A program made the position numbers and the translations under genes. A DNA stretch of 64,000 nucleotides, taken from contig NC_043002.1 in assembly GCF_006345805.1 (NCBI RefSeq), forward strand, positions 50,282,001-50,346,000, read 5' to 3'. Origin of the DNA: Octopus sinensis. Taxonomy: Eukaryota. Positions 52,580 to 64,000 of the stretch are shown here, one piece after another. Under the pieces are notes generated by a model. That model worked only from the letters and a program-made list of their open reading frames with translations. It did not search any database and was not told the origin of the DNA. Every line of letters begins with the position of its first letter. The first letter of the stretch is position 1.

Positions 52580-54229
52580 ACTTCCAATCTAAAATATCAA
52601 TATTTTAAAATATAAAAATAATAATTTTAAAATAATTAAAGTATGAATGAAAAAATATAAATATATAATCCATATATAACCTATATATAATCCATATATA
52701 ATCAATATATAAACAATATATAAACTAAAATAACCTATCAACAATTAAATATAAAATATAAAATATAAAATATAAAATATAAAACAAAACAAAAAATAAT
52801 AATAATATAATAATAAACTATATATACACCCATACACATATACCTAATTATATATAACCATATCTAACTACATACACTAAATCACACCCCTATATATATA
52901 TCCCTATATATACACATAAAAACGTCTAGGCAACTATAAATAAATAAAATAGCTAAATACTTCAACACAATACTTATTCATACTCCCACACACACACACA
53001 TACAACCCACATTCACGCTCTAGAAAACGGACATCACTTAAAATTATGAACGGAGAAATAGAATAAATGGAATTAAAAATTATATTCACTTGGTAAAACG
53101 AACACTACTTAAAAATTATGAATGAAACAATGCAATAAAACAACAGACATCGCAAATAGACACAAATTACTACGAATTCCTTAACAAACCTACCATGATA
53201 AACCAAAACTCATAAAAAACATATAATGATAAAATCTCCCTTTACTAAACTCTATAACATACCTATATAGCAATCCCCCTAACCTAAACATTCACACACA
53301 CAATACACACACGTAAACCACACACCCACGACATATACAAATACCCACACCACTTACACATACCTATACATACATATAACCTCAAATATACTCCAAAAAC
53401 CCACTCAACCCCACACAGACAAATAAACACAAAAATTATGAATGGATTCTTTTATAAAACTACCATGATAAGCTAAAACTCACAAAACATAAATGATAAA
53501 ACCTCCCTTTACTAAACACTATAACATACTTATATAGCAATCCCTTTAACCTATACATTCACACACAAATACACACACGTAAACCACACACCCATAACAA
53601 ATACAAACTCCCACCCCACTCACACACACCCACAAGTACATATAAGCCTCAACATATACACCAAACAAAATTACTTTACCAAGGAACTTAACATATGTAT
53701 AAAAAGTATAACCGCTCTGGAAACGAACATCTTTTAAAATAATGAATGGAGAAATGGAATAAATGAATTAAAAATAATATTCACGTGGCAAAACGAACAC
53801 CACTCAAAAATTATGAATGAAACAATGTAATAAAACAACCAACAACGAAAATAGACAAATTACCACGAATTCCACAAAAAAAACCATGATAAACCAAAAC
53901 TCTTAAAAACATATAACGATAAAATCTCCCTTTGCTAAACTCTATAACAAACCTATATAGCAATCCCCCTAACCTAAACATTCACACACAAAAAACACAC
54001 ACGTAAACCACACTTCTAATAATAATTATAATTTTGTTAGGTTTAGTGGTAAAAATAATAGATATTATAAAAAAAATAATAAAAATGATAAAAATATAAA
54101 TAAGAATAATAATAATAATAATAATAATATAATAATAATAATATAAATAAGAATAATAAAAATAAAAATAAATTTAATAATTATTATAATAATTATATTG
54201 ATAAAATTAATAATATTAATAATTCCTTA

Positions 54230-55033
54230 AATGCTGTACATAGATATAATTTTGATAATAATTTTAATAAAATAAAGAATTATAAATATATTATAATAAT
54301 GATAATAATAATAAGGTTATTAAGAATAAAATATGGTTAATAGTTCCTTATGGAGATCAAGTAAAAACGAATATTATTAAAGAGATTTTAGATGTTATAG
54401 AACTATTTATTAGAGATAATCGTAAATATAGAAACATTTTCTCTTTTAATAATTTTGGAGTTGGTTATTCTACCACTAATAATGTTGGTAACATTATTTC
54501 TTCATTTAATAAATATAAACTGAATAATTTTTATAAAAAGAAATTATTTGATAAATATTAATAATGATAAGACTTATATTAATTGTACATGTAGAGATAA
54601 ATCTAATTGTATATTAAATAATAATTGTGATATTAACGATGTAGTGTAAATGTATAGTTACATTACATGATAATAACTTTAAGAATAATAATTACCCAAA
54701 AGCGGTTTATATAGGTTCTACTTCCTCAAAAATAAAACTAAGAATCGCACAACATATGAATTCTTTTAAAAATAAAAACTTAATCAACTCAACCGGACTT
54801 AGTAAGTACATTTGGAGTCTTAAATCACTAAATATTAATTATAGTTTAATTGGGAAATAATTTGTAAAACTAAATCATATACTATAGGAGCTAATTGTTG
54901 TTATTTATGCTCTAATGAGTTTAAAGAAATTTTATTTTATAAGTATGATAATTTACTTAATACTGGTGAAGAGCGCAAAATAAAATGCAGACATAAGTTA
55001 CTTTACCTATATAATAAGTTTCATGATAAATAG
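54230..55033 (+). pseudogene. PLE C-terminal region + GIY-YIG endonuclease, frameshifted
   Basis: IWLIVPYGDQVKTNIIKEIL..IFSFNNFGVGYSTTNNVGNIISSFNK; CTCRDKSNCILNNNC; VV(Y)KCIV..AVYIGSTSSKIKLRIAQHMNSF..STGLSKYIWSLK; CYLC..E..EIL..LLNTGEE..KCRHK; stop TAG at 55031-55033. Confidence 0.85.
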
Positions 55034-58000
55034 CAATAATAGTTCCCTATTAGGTTACTTTAGTTTAGTTTAAATTAGTTTAGATAATATATTTTTTGGT
55101 TATGTAGTCTAGGCTTTAATTATAGTTAGTCTTTATTGATATTTCTTTGTTTTAATTAGTTCATTTTTAATGTATATTAATATAACAGTTTATGGTATGT
55201 TAAAACTTTAATAATTTATATTAGATTTTTTTATTTTCTTTATTTATATATTTTTTTATTTTAATTTTATTTTGTTATGTATTTTTATTATGCATTTGTT
55301 ATATGTATTTTGGAGGATATATTTATATGTTGATGGGTGTTATTTAGTGGTGTTTTATTGAGTTTTGTATGTATGTGTGAATGTTTACGATCCCTTTGTT
55401 TTTTGTTTTTTATTTGGTATGTTGAATTGACAGATTTTATTTGGGTATTGTCTGTTATAATAAAGTATACACACCCATTACAAATATAAGTGCCCACTTC
55501 ATTCGCGCGTACCTGGAATTGCATGTGAGCCTCAACATGTACACCAAACGGCCACTCCCGCCTTATACGGACAAATAAACACATACATCCCCCAAAATGG
55601 GCGTAATCCCACTCACACCAATCATATGTATACAATTATACACACTAGAATAATACATAACTAACCCAAATATACAGAACATATTAAAAATCACCAACAA
55701 ACCACCATCACAAATGAAACCTACCCCATACAATGACAAAACTCCCCCCTCTATACCCAATTTACACCCACATAGCAATCCCAATATATTCATCCATACA
55801 TGGACGCACGTGCGTGAAGCACATGCACACAATAAATACGTACAACCCCCCAATACACACTCATATACATACGTATCAAGCTCGACATCCACAGCAATAC
55901 GCTTACACCCATTCACACCCAGATGGGTGAATTGCACAACCAGGGAACGCACACACACACGTGTGCGTATTTTGATTGTGTGCAACTCGCCCATATGCAT
56001 GTATGCGGGCGCGATTACATTGTTGCACATATCGAGCCCAACTAGCATGCATATGTACATGTGAGGGGGTACACGTACATGCCGTGCGCGTGTACCCCCT
56101 GCATTTATACCCGTGCGTGAATATACACATGGAGACTACCACACAGGTACAAATGTGTATAGTAATGGGAGCCCCATCACTACACTCAATGTATACTCTC
56201 ACCCATCCGCACGGATTGAAAGCGAATCTCCGGTGTATATGTTGAGGCTTATATGTAGCGCTGTGGAGTTGAACGTCGTTGAAATTGTGAATGAATGGGT
56301 GGAGTTGGGAATTGTAACCGGGTGGTGGGCTAGCGTTGCTTGGAATTGGGAATGGAATAGTGTAGTAGTAAGGCAGGTATCGAGAATAGATTTGGGTTAC
56401 TGCAAGTTGTTTGTTAGAGCTGCTAAGATGAGCTAAAGCTCATAATTGTATATAATAATTTATTATGGTAGTTTTATTAAAGAATCCATTCATAATAAAT
56501 TTTTTTAAGTAGTGTTGGTTTGCCACGTGGATATAGTTTTTAGTTCCATTTATTCTATTTCTCCATTCATAATTTTAAATGACGTTTACTTTCCATGGCG
56601 CGTATTCTTTTTTTACATAAGTTATATTTCTATGGTAACGTAATTTTGGTTTGGTTTTTTTAACGGCTAAGAATTTAATTTCACTTCATAATTTGAAACT
56701 GACTTGTAAGTATGTATTTTATTTCTCCTTATGTCATATTGTTATTTTTGATATTCTGGTTAATTACGATGTATTTAATGTTGTTTTTTATTGGAGTGTT
56801 TATGTATATGAGATTGTGTGTGAGTTTTTAGTTGTATAATTTATTTATCTGTATGAGTGTGGGTGTGTAAATATTGTTGTATATATCGAGTTTAGTGAGT
56901 ATGTATATGCGTATATGTGAGGGAGTATAAGTATCTGTTGTGTGTGTGTGTTTTGCGTTGTGTGTGTTTGTGTGTGAATGTGTATATGGGTTTGTTATTT
57001 AGGTTTTGGGATGTATGTGTTAATTTGTCTGTGTGGGGAGGGAGTGGGTTTTTGGTGTATATTGAGGTTTATAAGTTAGTATAGGTATGTGTATAAGTCG
57101 TGGGTCTGTGGTTTACGTGTGTGTTTTTTGTGTGTGAATGTTTAGGTTAGGGGGATTGCTATATAGGTTTGTTATAGAGTTTAGCAAAGGGAGATTTTAT
57201 CGTTATATGTTTTTAAGAGTTTTGGTTTATCATGGTTTTTTTTAGGGAATCGTGGTAATTTGTCTATTTTCGTTGTTGGTTGTTTTATTACATTGTTTCA
57301 TTCATAATTTTTGAGTGGTGTTCGTTTTGCCACGTGAATATTATTTTTAATTCCATTTATTCCATTTCTCCATTCATTATTTTAAAAGATGTTCGTTCCA
57401 GAGCGGTTATACTTTTTATACATATGTTAAGTTCCTTGGTAAAGTAATTTTGTTTGGTGTATATGTTGAGGCTTATATGTACTTGTGGTGTGTGTGAGTG
57501 GGGTGGGTGTTTGTATTTTTATGGGTGTGTGGTTTACGTGTGTGTATTTGTGTGTGAATGTATAGGTTAAAGGGATTGCTATATAAGTATGTTATAGTGT
57601 TTAGTAAAGGGAGGTTTTATCATTTATGTTTTGTGAGTTTTAGCTTATCATGGTAGTTTTATAAAAGAATCCATTCATAATTTTTGTGTTTATTTGTCTG
57701 TGTGGGGTTGAGTGGGTTTTTGGAGTATATGTTGAGGTTATATGTATGTATAGGTATGTGTAAGTGGTGTGGGTATTTGTATATGTCGTGGTGTGTGGTT
57801 TACGTGTGTGTATTTGTGTGTGAATGTTTAGGTTAGGGGGATTGCTATATAGGTATGTTATAGAGTTTAGTAAAGGGAGATTTTATCATTATATGTTTTT
57901 ATGAGTTTTGGTTTATCATGGTAGGTTTGTTAAGGAATTCGTAGTAATTTGTGTCTATTTGCGATGTCTGTTGTTTTATTGCATTGTTTCATTCATAATT

Positions 58001-58531
58001 TTTAAGTAGTGTTCGTTTTACCAAGTGAATATAATTTTTAATTCCATTTATTCTATTTCTCCGTTCATAATTTTAAGTGATGTCCGTTTTCTAGAGCGTG
58101 AATGTGGGTTGTATGTGTGTGTGTGTGGGAGTATGAATAAGTATTGTGTTGAAGTATTTAGCTATTTTATTTATTTATAGTTGCCTAGACGTTTTTATGT
58201 GTATGTATAGGGATATATATATAGGGGTGTGATTTAGTGTATGTAGTTAGATATGGTTATATATAATTAGGTATATGTGTATGGGTGTATATATAGTTTA
58301 TTATTATATTATTATTATTTTTTTGTTTTGTTTTATATTTTATATTTTATATTTTTTATTTTATATTTAATTGTTGATAGGTTTATTTTAGTTTATATAT
58401 TGTTTATATATGATATATGGATATATATAGGTTATATATGGATTATATATTTATATTTTTTCATTCATACTTTAATTATTTTAAAATTATTATTTTTATA
58501 TTTTAAAATATTGATATTTTAGATTGGAAGT

Positions 58532-58574
58532 CCACCTGAAGATTGTCGATCAAGACAAGAAACAATTGTAGTGG
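58532..58574 (+). ncRNA. Minimal type I hammerhead ribozyme
   Basis: ccac-CTGAAGA-ttgtc(gatcaa)gacaa-GAAA-caattg-TA-gtgg: all core nucleotides present, stem I ccac/gtgg, stem II 5 bp, palindromic stem III ACAATTGT. Confidence 0.88.
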
Positions 58575-58780
58575 CGGTTTTTTTGACTATTTATTAAAAT
58601 TTTATGTATTGATTAAGTCTTTCCTTGTTTTTTTTGCAAAATAGTGGTTTTGTCTCTAATAATATTTTATAATATTTTACTATAAAATTGGATTTAATCC
58701 TAAATCTGATTTTTCCCTGTAAATTTGGATTTATTCCCTAATATTTATTATTTTATAATATTATATATATATATATATAT

Positions 58781-58811
<31 letters not shown>

Positions 58812-58817
58812 GAGAGA

Positions 58818-59365
58818 TTTGGGCTGTACCTCAATGTCAAGAAAACGAAGATCATGTCAACAGCAGCCACAACAAACTTCAGCATCAGGATCGATAATCA
58901 AGAGATTGAAGTGGTTGATAATTTCATCTTCCTTGGCTCAAAAATAAATCGAGATGGTGACTGAACTCCAGAAATAAGACGGCAAATAGTTCTAGGCAGA
59001 GAGGCAATGGTCAGCATGAGCAGGGTCTGGAAGAGTAGAGACATAAGACTCGCTACCAAATGCAGAGTGGTGAATGCAATTGTCTTCCCAATAGCAACAT
59101 ATGGATGCGAGACCTGGACACTAAAGAAAGCTGACCAGAAGAGAATTAATGCATTCGAGCTTTGGTGTTGGAGAAGATTTTTGCGGATTGCATAAACAGC
59201 GAGGCTCACCAATGGAGAAGTTCTTAAGCAGTTAAGGCCGAAAATGTCGCTAGAAGCTGGGATCACCAAGCGTAGATTGGCATATTTCGGTCATATTATG
59301 CGGAGAAAATCCCTGGAGAAGAACATCATGCTCGGAATGGTCAGTGGCAAGAGAGGAAGAGGCGC
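58818..59365 (+). mobile_element. RTE (BovB-like) LINE fragment, post-RT region
   Basis: GLYLNVKKTKIM..EVVDNFIFLGS..VFPIATYGCETWTLKKADQKRINAFELWCWRR..YFGHIMRR..GKRGRG with in-frame stops. Confidence 0.9.
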
Positions 59366-59859
59366 GCGTGTGTGTGTGCATCAGGGGTGGCTGTAGGCGC
59401 AGTCATGATGGGCGTAGGGACAGGCATGGCTATGTGGTAAGAAGCATGCTTTATTATCGGTTGCATCTTGGAGCTCCAAGAGCTCCGTTGTCTCTCTCTT
59501 GTTTATTAGGCATTTCGTTGCAATCTCCTGTTCTAAGATTGCAAATTCATAACCTTCGAAGTGTGATGTGATGTAGCAATCACGAGTACGGGAGAGACTG
59601 CGTTTCATGTCGATAGTATTGCAAGGCCATCTTAGCAGTATTATAAACCACCAGGCAAATCAATGCTCTGGTTCCCACAGTAGTTATTTATTGAGAAGAA
59701 GCCACACCATATATAGATTAAAATCGGGCCCTTAAACTTGTGATGTCCCTGGGCAACTGTTCAGTAATGTCCATGTCTTAAGACAGCATATATATTATTG
59801 TAAATAAATAAATGCGCCCTTTTAAAGCCTAGCCAGGCTCATGGACCAGGTTTCCTGGT

Positions 59860-60440
59860 TTCTATGGCGTATGTGTTCCCCAGCTGGACGGGACGTCTGT
59901 CCATCGCAGCGTTACTCATTTTTGCTAACTGAGTGGACTGGAGCAACGTGAAAGGAAGTGTTTTGCTCAAGAACACAACGTGTCGCCCGGTCCAGGAATC
60001 GAAACCACAATCGTTTTTGGAATAGTTTTCAAATCTTCACTGTGCCACTAACAAATTGGATTTGCAGGATCCGCATCAGTTTCTTATTTCTTTATTGCTC
60101 ACAAGGGGCTAAACATAGAAGGGGCAAACAAGGACAGACAACGGGATTAAGTCGATTACATCGACCCCAGTGTTTCACTGGTACTTAATTTATCGACCCC
60201 GAAAGGATGAAAGGTAAAGTCGACCTCGGCGGAATTTCAACTCAGAACGTAAAGACAGACGAAATACCTATTTCTTTACTGCCCACAAGGGGCTACACAC
60301 AGAGGGGACAAACAAGGACAGACAAACGGATTAAGTCAATTATATCGACCCCCAGTGCGTAACTGGTACATATTTAATCGCCCCCCGAAAGGATGAAAGG
60401 CAAAGTCGACCTCGGCGGAATTTGAACTCAGAACGTAATT
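59860..60440 (-). mobile_element. CORE-like SINE fragment (~59860-60030) plus dimeric SINE B (~60070-60440)
   Basis: gctcaagaacacaac..ccggtccaggaatcgaaacc; two aaagtcgacctcggcggaattt.aactcagaacg units. Confidence 0.78.
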
Positions 60441-60894
60441 TCTGAGTGCTGACGTTTCTGCCAGCTCGTCGCCTTTTCTTTTGTTCTTTCCCCGCATCAG
60501 TTTCTTCTGCTCTTTTCCCAAGAAACCGAGCACTTCTAGGTTAAGCACAAATGAGAATTCGTAATCAGGGAACAACAGCTGTAAGTTCTGCATTAATTTG
60601 CCATAAATGTTCTCATTTTCCTGGACTTTTGATTGCATGTATATGTGCAGATTTGTATGTTTTGCTTTATACATGTATTCTCATGCATTTAGTTTCTTAT
60701 CTAGACGTGCTCATATATATTTAAATGCTAAACTTCTGGAAAGTTTTACAGATTTTTACAATTCCAGTGATGGATTCGATCTGAAGTCTTCGAATAAGCT
60801 TTCTCCTTCCTGGTATTGAGAAGCCTAATTCCTGAAGATTGAGAAATTAGGCAGTGTTACGTCTGTCTGTCTGTCTGTCTATATGTATGTATGT

Positions 60895-61258
60895 ATTCTT
60901 TTATTTGTTTCCGTCATTTTAGTCGGACAAATGGACCCCAGGAATTATTCTTTGTAAGCCGAGTACTTATTCTATCGGTCTTATTTGCCGAACCGCTAAG
61001 ATACGGGGACATAAACACACCAACATCGGTTGTCAAACGATGACGAGGGGACAATCACAGACACAAAGACACACATACATATATATATATATACATATAT
61101 ACGACGGGCTTCTTTCAGTTTCCGCCTACCAAATCCACTCACAAGGCTTTGGTCGGCCTGCGGCTATAGTCAAAGATACTAGCCCAAGGTGCTACGCAGT
61201 GGGACTGAGCCGGGAACTATGTGGTTGGGAAGCAAACTTCTTACCACATAGCCATGCC
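60895..61258 (-). mobile_element. SINE family A
   Basis: ttcagtttccgcctaccaaatccactcacaaggctttggtcggcc...cttaccacatagccatgcctg. Confidence 0.85.
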
Positions 61259-61262
61259 TGTA

Positions 61263-62222
61263 TCTCTCTATATATAAACGGCAGTTTGTCTGTCTGTGTG
61301 TCTGTGTGTCTGTCAGGTTGTACCCTCACCCTGACCACGGCTTTCAACCGATTCTGATGAAACTTGACACACACATAGCCCAATGTCATAATTCAAAACT
61401 AACGCAGCGAAAATTTTGAAAAGTTCCTCCAATTCTGAAAAAAATCGATAAATTCGACATGGGGTCGAGAATCAGAAACACAAACCACAGACTGTCTAGG
61501 GGACGCAACTCGACCTTTTTAACTCTCAACTCCATCAATATCCAGCCACTTGCAGCTATTCCTGGTGATGTCCACGTCTACAAATCTATTGATAGGACAG
61601 CAGACCCCGCCGAGCTTGCCGATTATCCTGTTGAATTCCTGAATTCACTTGAACCGCCAGGCCTGCCGCCACACATCCTGAAGTTAAAAGTCGGTGCGCC
61701 CATTATGCTCATCAGGAATTTGGTTCCACCTAAACGGTGCAACGGCACACGTCTGGTTGTGAAACATTTTCCACCACATTTAATAACGGCCACAATAGTT
61801 ACCGGTTGTGGGAAGGGAGAGGACGTCTTCATTCCACGCATGCACCTTCAACCGTCGGGCGCTGACCTACCAATCCACTTCAGGCGTTCTCAGTTTCCTG
61901 TTAAACTCTGCTTCGCAATGTCCATCAATAAATCCCAAGGCCAAACGCTACAAATCGCTGGGTTACAGTTGGGCGAACAGTGCTTCGCCCACGGTCAACT
62001 CTACCTGGGCTGTTCAGGCGTTGGGAGGCGCAATGATGTTTTCATGTTTTCGTCCAAAGGGACAGCTAGGAACATCGTATACACAGAAGTATTCGAGTGA
62101 AGAGAAGACATTGCAACCTACACATGCGCCTTCGTTCCCTAGAGGGAAAGGACTAGATTGGGATTAGTCGTTGCCTACTAGGGGCTCTTACATACCAGGG
62201 CAACGCCGGGCTATGCTGCTAG
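61263..62222 (+). mobile_element. Complete non-autonomous Helitron (960 bp) retaining the PIF1-type helicase C-terminus
   Basis: A|TCTCTCTATATATAAA at 61263; ccagggcaacgccggg hairpin then CTAG|T at 62219-62223; internal YPVEFLNSLEPPGLPPHILKLKVGAPIMLIRNL..CNGTRL..QFPVKLCFAMSINKSQGQT..CFAHGQLY (about 61530-62100). Confidence 0.92.
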
Positions 62223-62719
62223 TGTATGTATAAACACAAAGCCAGCTCAATAATGCCAATAATTGCACTGGAATTATTTTTCACACCTCCAGTTTATGAA
62301 TGAAGTATCAGCAACACTAGAGAATGGCCAGGCCAGTAACAAAAGTCGGGAAGAATAAGGAAATGAAAGAAGAAAGAGAGAGGGAGAGAGGAAACATACG
62401 CTTTCATAACAGTTGAGAAACATAGCGTGTGACCTTAGCATATTGTTTCATCGTGCTTTTTAAAATCTGTTTAATTTGCTAAATTGACAAAATATATTCA
62501 ATAACATTAATAAAATTAGAAATAATCCGACTTGTGAGTTGAAAGAAAATTTAATTTGTCTCTGTTCGATTTAAGAAACAAACGATTTGGGCAGATGTAA
62601 AAAGAAATAGCTGTGTCTGTGTTTTAAAATTAGAAGTTATGTAAATTCAGTTAGAAAAACAAAGAACAAAACAGCGCCATTTTGTTTTTGCTTCTCAGTT
62701 TTTTATTCAAATCTTTTAT

Positions 62720-63065
62720 CTTTTACTCGTTTCAGTCATTGAGCTGCGGCCATACTGGGGCTCTACCCTAAAGGGTTTAGTCGAATAAATAGATTGCAGC
62801 GCATATTCTTTAAGTTGGGTCCTTATTCTATCCGTCATTTTTGTCGAATCGCTCAGTTACGGTGGCGTAAACAAGCCAACATCGGTTGTAAAGCAGTGTT
62901 GGGACAATCACAAAGACACACATACGCATACATAACAAGCTTCCACACAGTTTCCGTCTACTGTATCCATTCATAAGACATTGGTCGATCCAGGGCTTAA
63001 GGTGCCGCACAGTAGAATTGAACTTAAAACCACGTAGTCGCAAAACAAGCTTCTTAACTACACAT
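62720..63065 (-). mobile_element. Diverged SINE family A
   Basis: gtttcagtcattgagctgcggccatactgg...caagcttcttaactacac. Confidence 0.72.
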
Positions 63066-63480
63066 ATTTTAAGACCCAGGTTTTCGTAAAACATAACACG
63101 TCAACACCTATTCAAAAAGAAATGGTAATGCTGAATATAGTACGAAATATATGTACTCTTTCACTTGTTTCAGTCACTGGACTGCGACCATGCTGCAGCA
63201 CTGCATTGAATAGTGTAATCGATCAAATCGACCCCAGTATTTATCTCACAAGTTTGGCGCTTGTTCTGTCGGTGTCTTTTGCCGAATTGCTACGTTGCGA
63301 AAACGTAAACAAAACGCTAAGCAGTATGAGGACAAACACAAAGGCATGCACGCCCGCGCACAAACACAATAACACACACGCACACCGGTGTTGCACACAG
63401 TTTCACTGACTCAAGTATTATTTTATTGGCTTCAGATGGTTGAAAGGCACATAAACCTTAAACGAGAATTCAAGCTCAAA

Positions 63481-63559
<79 letters not shown>

Positions 63560-63589
63560 TGGTTGTGTCTTTTTTTGTTGGGTGAAGGT

Positions 63590-64000
63590 GCGTGGATTAG
63601 TGATGATGGGTATTCGGCTCATGATCGAAAGGTCGTGAGTTCGATACACGGGGGGCAGGGGGCGCATTGTGTCCTTGGGCAAGATACTTTATTTCACTAA
63701 GGCGGCGAGCTGGTAGAATCGTTAGCACGCCAGGTGAAATGCTTAGTGGGTATTTCGTCTGTTTTTACGTTCTGAGTTCAAATTCCGCCGAGGTCGACTT
63801 TGTCTTTCATCCTTTCGGGGTCGATGAATTAAGTACTAGTTACGCACTTGGGTCAATGTAATTGACTTAATCCCTTTGTCTGTCCTTGTTTGTCCCCTCT
63901 ATGTTTAGACCCTTGTGGGCAATAAAGAAATAAGATACTTTATTTCACGTTCTTCCAGTCCACTCAGCCAGTAAAAACAGGTTGTGCCTGTAATTCAAAG
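63590..64000 (+). mobile_element. CORE-like SINE interrupted by a SINE B monomer (63698-63931) with 17-bp TSD
   Basis: TSD aagatactttatttcac at 63681-63697 and 63932-63948. Confidence 0.88.

Larger units (their letters stand above)
52440..58760 (+). mobile_element. Fold-back Penelope-like element: ~1.57 kb inverted arms with hammerheads enclosing a GIY-YIG remnant
   Basis: 52440-54011 is the reverse complement of ~57108-58671 with only scattered differences; ~90-nt extra tail on the right only; (TA)n on both flanks. Confidence 0.88.

Noticed and set aside
55470-56230. Firm claim of ADAR A-to-G hyper-editing fossilised in DNA
   Set aside because: C>T changes occur alongside A>G, and on an A/C-only strand any transition looks like this. 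The affected strand also switches within the segment. Kept only as an untested alternative.
62674-62683. YY1-like gcgccatttt motif suggesting a minus-strand start site
   Set aside because: Single short motif; the ATG frame stops after 9 codons and there is no other support.

Overview
Animal (eukaryotic) genomic DNA, AT-rich and saturated with (TA)n/(TG)n/(CAT)n/(TATC)n microsatellites. The tRNA-headed SINE families point to an octopod cephalopod such as Octopus (inference, not checked). There is one clear host gene: a single-coding-exon ~1,312-aa multi-C2H2 zinc-finger gene (13053-16991, +) whose C-terminal finger array closely matches ZNF407. The rest is a mosaic of mobile DNA: SINEs, R4/Dong-, HERO- and RTE-type LINE fragments, mariner/Tc1/hAT/piggyBac-type remnants, two non-autonomous Helitrons with intact ends, and Penelope-like elements (PLEs). 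The most striking structure is invisible in the ORF track: a ~6.3 kb fold-back PLE (52440-58760). It has ~1.57 kb inverted arms, each with a perfect minimal hammerhead ribozyme, enclosing a frameshifted, very AT-rich GIY-YIG endonuclease ORF. Two other PLE-type segments carry hammerhead-like motifs with compensatory swaps at the core 3:8 pair (G3:C8 at 8.8 kb, U3:A8 at 43.8 kb). Almost all other listed ORFs are microsatellite or antisense artefacts. All alignments and family names come from reading by eye and from memory; no searches were run, and repeat boundaries are approximate unless termini or TSDs are quoted.
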